Positions 58,644 through 64,000 of a stretch of DNA of 64,000 bases are shown here, piece after piece; the first letter of the stretch is position 1; every line of letters begins with the position of its first letter. Under the pieces are notes generated by a model. It saw only the letters and a program-made list of their open reading frames with translations. It was not told the origin of the DNA and did not search any database. This DNA comes from an uncultured virus (IMG/VR IMGVR_UViG_3300031857_013780) (Duplodnaviria > Heunggongvirae > Uroviricota > Caudoviricetes): the IMG/VR virus record IMGVR_UViG_3300031857_013780, positions 1-64,000 of that record; one strand, 5' to 3'. The position numbers and the translations under genes are program-made.

Positions 58644-59274
58644 AATTAATGGTGTGTTAAGGGATACTATTGGCAAATTTACTCAGCTATATGAAAAACA
58701 TATGATTGAAGAAAAAAACGATGATAGTAAAACTTTTGAGTTAGATATGTCCGGAAATACCGAAGAAGTAATTTCTCCTGAAGAATTTGAATATAAAATT
58801 TTAAGTGACGTAACTTCCCTTAATTTAATGGAACACTTTAAATTTAATGGTGAAGATGAGTTATATTCTTTTATGTATGAAGATTTTGCAATGCAAATAT
58901 TTGGTCACGCAGGATCCACTGAAACATTTACTTTTAACGATCTTAATGAAATATATTTAAATTATAGAGATAATAATGAATTACTTATTGTGTCAGATGA
59001 AATGGGCAAATCAAAACCAGCATCTTTATTTTTTCTTTCAAAGTTTGGGTGTTTGTTAGAAAAAATAAAATTTTATTCAAATGTTACAATTAATTCAATG
59101 TGGAATGAAGTAGACATTTTACTTACGTCCAACCCTCAACTAATATTAGAAAAACCAAAAGATAAAATCGTAGTTAAATTTAATACGAATTATAATAAAA
59201 ATGTCAGTTGTGAATATGAAATAAACACATTGAAAGAATTTGACGAAACATTAAAAAAATTAAATATATGTTAG
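58624..59274 (+). CDS. 5'(3')-deoxyribonucleotidase-like HAD-fold protein with degenerate motif I
   Basis: RIGIEINGVLRD (cf. IxIDxDGVLxD) and a C-terminal YN motif. Confidence 0.5.
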   Translation: MKRIGIEINGVLRDTIGKFTQLYEKHMIEEKNDDSKTFELDMSGNTEEVISPEEFEYKILSDVTSLNLMEHFKFNGEDELYSFMYEDFAMQIFGHAGSTETFTFNDLNEIYLNYRDNNELLIVSDEMGKSKPASLFFLSKFGCLLEKIKFYSNVTINSMWNEVDILLTSNPQLILEKPKDKIVVKFNTNYNKNVSCEYEINTLKEFDETLKKLNIC

Positions 59275-59555
59275 AATTTTTAGGAGAAAACTATTTCTTG
59301 GACATTAATGAACTAGAAAAGCAAGTAAGTTACGAAAAATCTGTTTTACCTTTAACCACGGGCGATACAGAATCTCCAGAACAACAAATAAGTGTAACAA
59401 GATTTGAAACCTTTAAAAGTTTGATAGAGGTTTTACTTACAGAACGTGAAGAGTTAGATGAAGATTTAGGTATACATGGGGCAAAAAACTTAACAATCCC
59501 ATTTAAAATCGCCTTCAACACTTTATTAATAAATAAAATACTTAAAAAGTTTTAA
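59268..59555 (+). CDS. Hypothetical protein (95 aa)
   Basis: Overlaps the upstream stop; ends FKIAFNTLL. Confidence 0.7.
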   Translation: MLEFLGENYFLDINELEKQVSYEKSVLPLTTGDTESPEQQISVTRFETFKSLIEVLLTEREELDEDLGIHGAKNLTIPFKIAFNTLLINKILKKF

Positions 59556-59558
59556 AAA

Positions 59559-60623
59559 ATGGAATTAGAAAAAATTGAAAAATTAGAAAAATCTGTCAAC
59601 AGTTTAAAAAACAAGTTGTCAAGAATTTATTTTTTAGTGCAGGACACTAAAGGCAACCCAAAAGCTTCTGTTAAATACATTTATGACTTGGCTTTGATTC
59701 TTTCTAAGAAAGGTTATAACAGTATTATTATTCATGAAAGTCAAGATTATAAAGGAGTTTCTTCTTGGTTGAGTGAGGAGTATATGGAATTACCTCATCA
59801 AACAATTGATGGTCAAAATTTGCAAATATCACCTGAAGATTTTATTATTATTCCTGAAATTTATGGTCATGTAATGGAGCAATTAAAAAACTTTACTTGT
59901 GGTAAAATAGTTTTATGTCAGTCGTATGATTATATGTTAGAAACGTTAGCACCTGGAACTTCTTGGGCTAATTTTGGTTTTATAAAATGTATTACTACTA
60001 GTGAAAATCAAAAAAAATACATAACAGATATTTTTAGAAATGTTAGTGTGGATATTATTGAGCCAACAATTTCATCTATTTTTAATAAAAAAGAAAGACC
60101 CGCTAACCCTATTATTTCAATACACTCCAGAGAACAAAGAGATACTGCAAAAATTATAAAAACATTTTATTTAAAATATCCTCAGTTTAGATGGTTAACG
60201 TTTAGAGATATGAGAGGAATTAGTCAAAATGATTTTTCTAAATTCTTAAAAGAAAGTTATCTTTCTGTTTGGGTTGATGATATATCTTCTTTTGGTACTT
60301 TCCCTTTAGAATCTATGTCTTCAGGTACTCCTGTAATTGGTAAAGTTCCTTATTTACCTCACGAGTGGATGACTGAAAATAACGGTATTTGGACAAATAA
60401 TACAAACGATATTGTTGATTATATTGCAAACTTTACGCAAAATTGGTTAGAAGATAATATTGCGGATAATCTTTACGAAGAAATTAAAAATACTTCAGAT
60501 AAATTTAAAGATATTGAAAAATTTGAAGGAGAGGTTGTTAAACTATTTGAAAAATATTTTGAGACCAGATTAGGAATATTTGAAGAACAATTAGAAAAAA
60601 TAAAATTAAACGTAGAAAATTAA
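59559..60623 (+). CDS. Putative glycosyltransferase (GT-B)
   Basis: IIIPE and SSFGTFPLESMSSGTPVIG. Confidence 0.7.
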   Translation: MELEKIEKLEKSVNSLKNKLSRIYFLVQDTKGNPKASVKYIYDLALILSKKGYNSIIIHESQDYKGVSSWLSEEYMELPHQTIDGQNLQISPEDFIIIPEIYGHVMEQLKNFTCGKIVLCQSYDYMLETLAPGTSWANFGFIKCITTSENQKKYITDIFRNVSVDIIEPTISSIFNKKERPANPIISIHSREQRDTAKIIKTFYLKYPQFRWLTFRDMRGISQNDFSKFLKESYLSVWVDDISSFGTFPLESMSSGTPVIGKVPYLPHEWMTENNGIWTNNTNDIVDYIANFTQNWLEDNIADNLYEEIKNTSDKFKDIEKFEGEVVKLFEKYFETRLGIFEEQLEKIKLNVEN

Positions 60624-60628
60624 TTAAT

Positions 60629-61432
60629 ATGGAAAAATTCGATGTATCGGTAATATTACCACTATCAAGCTCAAAAGTTAGAGGGTTTGATGAATTGTTA
60701 GAAAGATCAATAAAATCTTTAAAAAATCAGTCATTACCAATAAATGAATTAATTATTGTCCATTCAACAGATGAATCATTAATCAGCCATTTATCAAATT
60801 TTGATTTTGAAGAGTTACCTGTAAGGTTAGTAGAAAATAAAGGATCTTTTGATTTTGGAACACAAGTTAATTTGGGGGTAAACGAATCAAATAGTAAATG
60901 GGTTTCTATTTTAGAGTTTGATGATGAATACTCGTCAATCTGGTTTAAGAATGTAAATGATTATGAAAAATCTTTTCCTGAAGTAGATGTATTTTTACCT
61001 TTGGTTGTTGACACAGATGAAAAGGGTGTTTTTGCTGGATTTACAAATGAAGCAACATTCGCCGTAAGTATGAATAGTGAGTTAGGATATTTAACAAATG
61101 AACTATTGTTAAATTATCAAAATTTTCAAACAAGTGGAATGGTTGTTAAAAAAGAAAAGTTCTTAGAGAATGGAGGATTTAAACCATCAATAAAATTAAC
61201 TTTTGTTTATGAACTTTTATTAAGAATGACATATAATTCTAATAAGATATTAACAATTCCTAGAATTGGTTACAAACATACAAATATGAGAGAAGGTTCA
61301 TTATTTTGGAGCTACAAATATGGTGAGGAAAAAATCTCCGACAATGAGGTTAGTTTTTGGTTAGAAACCGCAAAAAAAGAACATTTCTTTACTACAGATA
61401 GAAATATAAAGTATGTTGAAGAAAATGTTTAA
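60629..61432 (+). CDS. Glycosyltransferase family 2-like
   Basis: VSVILP, NLGV, EFDDEY, GGFK and YKH. Confidence 0.75.
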   Translation: MEKFDVSVILPLSSSKVRGFDELLERSIKSLKNQSLPINELIIVHSTDESLISHLSNFDFEELPVRLVENKGSFDFGTQVNLGVNESNSKWVSILEFDDEYSSIWFKNVNDYEKSFPEVDVFLPLVVDTDEKGVFAGFTNEATFAVSMNSELGYLTNELLLNYQNFQTSGMVVKKEKFLENGGFKPSIKLTFVYELLLRMTYNSNKILTIPRIGYKHTNMREGSLFWSYKYGEEKISDNEVSFWLETAKKEHFFTTDRNIKYVEENV

Positions 61433-62163
61433 TGTTAGTTAATGATGAAAACAAAGAATTAAAAAAGAAAAAGGCGAATAAAAATAATTATTTTGATATT
61501 CGCGAAGAAGAGGCAGTTATTAACTATATTAATAGTGAAGACCAAAGAGAAAAAGAGTTTATATATAACAATTTTTTAAGAGATCCTCTTGATAAGATGA
61601 TAGATTCTATTATTAGAAGATATAAATTATACAGAAAAGATATGGATTATAAAGATCTTCACACAGATACCCATTCTTTTCTTATGACAAAAGTAGATAA
61701 GTTTAAGCCAGATAAGAATAAGAAGGCTTATTCTTATTTTGGTACCATATGTAAAAATTATTTAATGGGTCAAATACAAAAAGATCAAAGGGAAATGAAT
61801 AGAAAAATTTCTTATGAAGACATTTCTACAAGTTTGGAAAATAGACCTGATTTAATATATTATATAGAAAACGAAGAGATTGACGCAGAAAAAATAATTG
61901 ATGTATTTTTACAAGACTTGAAAACATATATTCAGGATATGAAATTAAACGACTCGGAAATGAAATTAGGTCAATCATTAATAGAGTTGTTTAACAACTA
62001 CGGAAACATTTTTATAGGTAACGACAATAATAAGTTTAATAAAAATATAATACTTTTATCTTTACGTGAAATGACTAATTTATCCACAAAAGAGATTAGA
62101 TTATATCTTAAAAAATATAAGACTCTTTATCTGACTACTTTAGAAAAGATAAAAAAGGATTGA
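61432..62163 (+). CDS. Phage sigma-factor-like protein (T4 gp55-like late sigma candidate)
   Basis: NNYF N-terminus and KFKPDK..KAYSYFGTICKNYL, resembling sigma region 2. Confidence 0.6.
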   Translation: MLVNDENKELKKKKANKNNYFDIREEEAVINYINSEDQREKEFIYNNFLRDPLDKMIDSIIRRYKLYRKDMDYKDLHTDTHSFLMTKVDKFKPDKNKKAYSYFGTICKNYLMGQIQKDQREMNRKISYEDISTSLENRPDLIYYIENEEIDAEKIIDVFLQDLKTYIQDMKLNDSEMKLGQSLIELFNNYGNIFIGNDNNKFNKNIILLSLREMTNLSTKEIRLYLKKYKTLYLTTLEKIKKD

Positions 62164-62191
62164 AAAATTCTATAATTAATATTTATATATT

Positions 62192-62560
62192 ATGAATAGA
62201 CAAAGAAAAAAAGAGATTGCACTAAACAAAGATTCGGTCTTAGGATTAATGCAAGAAATATATAATGAACTAGTCGAACAGAGGTCTACCGCAATTAGAA
62301 TACAAAATAAAATGTTATCTATGCTTAAAGATCCTGAAGACATGACATTAATAGGTCCTGTTATAAAGGAACAGCAAAAAATTATTAACGACACCATAGA
62401 AAAAAAACTAACACTATCAAAATTACAATCAACAATTTGGGAAAAATCAAATAAATCAAGTGATGAAGACTTTAGTTTAACTGATGTTGATGATGAGTTA
62501 TTACAAAATTTAATACAAAAAGACATAAATAAACCAAGTAACGGTACATTCAATATTTAA
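62192..62560 (+). CDS. Hypothetical coiled-coil protein (122 aa)
   Basis: Preceded by TATTTATA; helical sequence. Confidence 0.7.
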   Translation: MNRQRKKEIALNKDSVLGLMQEIYNELVEQRSTAIRIQNKMLSMLKDPEDMTLIGPVIKEQQKIINDTIEKKLTLSKLQSTIWEKSNKSSDEDFSLTDVDDELLQNLIQKDINKPSNGTFNI

Positions 62561-62563
62561 AAA

Positions 62564-64000
62564 ATGGGACTTGATTTAAAAAAAAGTTATAGTGATGCGT
62601 CTGAAGAAATTTCAGCAATAAAAACCGTAAAAGAATCCAGTAAAGCAGATAAGAAATTAAAGAAGGATAAAATCAAAGATCCAACTTCAAATACAAAAGC
62701 CGAAAAAAAACAAATTACTTCTGATGAGGACAAAAAAAGTTTGGGTGAAAAAATTAAAGATTTAAGATCTTCAGAAGAATCTCCAATAGAAAAGTTGCTA
62801 TTAATTTTTACACAAACTGATGACGCAGAAGAAACTGACGATAGTGAAGACTCTAATGAAAACGTAAAAGAAAAGAGAAAACAAAAAAAATCTAAAAAAC
62901 AAAAAAGAAAAAATAGAAGTAGTCTTGATAGGATGAGTAGGATTTTTTTAACAACATGTGTAAACACAAAAGAAAGGATTCTTAAAATAATTATACAAGA
63001 AATTTTATACGCTATTGGTTGTTCTCAAGACCAATCATATGGTAATTTTGCGTTAACAAACACGCCAATATATGTAAAAATAAAAAATATAGACTTTTTC
63101 AATATATTAAAAAACTCACCTGATGATGAATTGACAAAATATAGTTATGAGGATTCTGCAACAACAAACGGATCACTTTTTTTGTCGGGAACACCTTATT
63201 CTATGAATAGACAACTTTATACAAGAACCTTATCCCCAAATTCATTTTTTCAAGAGTATGGAGAATATTATAAAGGAGCTTCAGGAAATGAAATATTTGA
63301 TATACAATATGAACAAATTAATAATGAACAATATTTTAAAATAACCCTTAAACCCCAAGCAAATAATCAAGATACAGTTACCAATTTTTTAGAAGATTAT
63401 TATAGAAGTATAGATCTATTTAATTTGGACAATTTAATTAATAATATTTTATCTAAATTATTTAATACTACAAATTTTGAATTACAAATACCAGAAGAAG
63501 AACTAACAGTAATTGAAAAGTTTTTTAGTATTATTAAACGTTTAATGGGTATATGTACAGACAACCCAAAAATTGAGGTTTCGGGAAATGCAAAAATCGC
63601 TGAAGATGATTCTTTAAGTGATGATTTTTTTACGGTTTCGGGTATAGAACTTAGACAGATTGAGGATAGGGTTAACAACATTCAAAATGGGTTAGTAACT
63701 TTTGATGGTTGTGATTCTGTTTTATTACCTATTAATGTTTTAGCAGTAACAAAACTACAAAAACAAATAATAAGTGAAAACAAAAGTGAAAAGAAAATTG
63801 ACAATTTACTAAATGGGTTAGCAGGATTAAGTAAAGATCCAAATTGGTCTGGTAGTATAGACGTGTTAAACTTGAACATACTTGATTTTATTTTTAGAGA
63901 AATGATCATTGATTTACCAACAAACCTTTTAAAAACTATTTTGAGTCCTAAATTTATGTTAGGGTTTATGACTATGTTTAAAGCAATAAAAACTGTTGCA
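62564..64000 (+). CDS. Partial large protein (runs off the right edge), probably structural
   Basis: Manual reading from ATG 62564 (MGLDLKKSYSDASEEISAIK...). Probably absent from the ORF track because it has no stop in the window; not checked codon by codon to the end. Confidence 0.6.
   Translation, partial: MGLDLKKSYSDASEEISAIKTVKESSKADKKLKKDKIKDPTSNTKAEKKQITSDEDKKSLGEKIKDLRSSEESPIEKLLLIFTQTDDAEETDDSEDSNENVKEKRKQKKSKKQKRKNRSSLDRMSRIFLTTCVNTKERILKIIIQEILYAIGCSQDQSYGNFALTNTPIYVKIKNIDFFNILKNSPDDELTKYSYEDSATTNGSLFLSGTPYSMNRQLYTRTLSPNSFFQEYGEYYKGASGNEIFDIQYEQINNEQYFKITLKPQANNQDTVTNFLEDYYRSIDLFNLDNLINNILSKLFNTTNFELQIPEEELTVIEKFFSIIKRLMGICTDNPKIEVSGNAKIAEDDSLSDDFFTVSGIELRQIEDRVNNIQNGLVTFDGCDSVLLPINVLAVTKLQKQIISENKSEKKIDNLLNGLAGLSKDPNWSGSIDVLNLNILDFIFREMIIDLPTNLLKTILSPKFMLGFMTMFKAIKTVA

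Noticed and set aside
41033..61432. Host O-antigen locus joined by misassembly, or a eukaryotic giant-virus origin
   Set aside because: The locus is interleaved and overlapping with phage-type dut, exonuclease, phoH and sigma genes, has the same leader style, and is linked to a contractile tail. Read-level confirmation is still advisable.
849..63909. Many short ORFs antisense to or nested in long genes (e.g. 4159..4611, 4994..5476, 22120..22515, 62176..62553, 62587..62967)
   Set aside because: They are shadows of well-supported genes on the other strand or frame, with no motifs or independent expression signals.
1..64000. Alternative genetic code (stop-codon reassignment, as in some large phages)
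   Set aside because: Recognisable genes are full length under the standard code and coding density is already near complete.
1..64000. CRISPR array, tRNA/rRNA genes, IS elements or integrase
   Set aside because: I saw no regularly spaced repeats, cloverleaf-like sequence or transposase/integrase motifs, and intergenic gaps are very short. Checked by eye only.

Overview
This is an AT-rich, densely coding 64 kb fragment of a large, T4-like (jumbo-type) myophage genome read in the standard genetic code. Left to right it carries: (i) a replication/recombination block (partial DnaB-like helicase, 5'-3' exonuclease/RNase H, RecA/UvsX, gp32-like SSB); (ii) a contractile-tail module (2,157-aa hub, LysM/gp53-like protein, 1,910-aa protein with an OmpA-like domain, tape measure, gp26-like and unannotated gp51-like chaperones, tube, sheath, neck proteins); (iii) SNF2 helicase, Mn-type SOD, family-B DNA polymerase and fibre-like proteins; (iv) a divergent cluster of small unknowns with a WYL protein; (v) a ~20 kb locus of about 11 soluble glycosyltransferases plus nucleotide-sugar enzymes, interleaved with an exonuclease, dUTPase and PhoH; and (vi) a gp55-like sigma factor. 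The most notable observations are a candidate +1 frameshift (UUU UUU CGG) fusing the two tail chaperones, a membrane-protein-free glycosylation locus paired with a dense [ST][GA]xT motif in virion proteins (possible virion glycosylation system), (I/L)xE propeptide-like leaders on SOD, WYL and HAD proteins (possible capsid cargo), and a sense-strand TATTTAT(A) motif before late genes, which is the reverse complement of the T4 late promoter. All assignments come from motif recognition by eye; no database searches were run.
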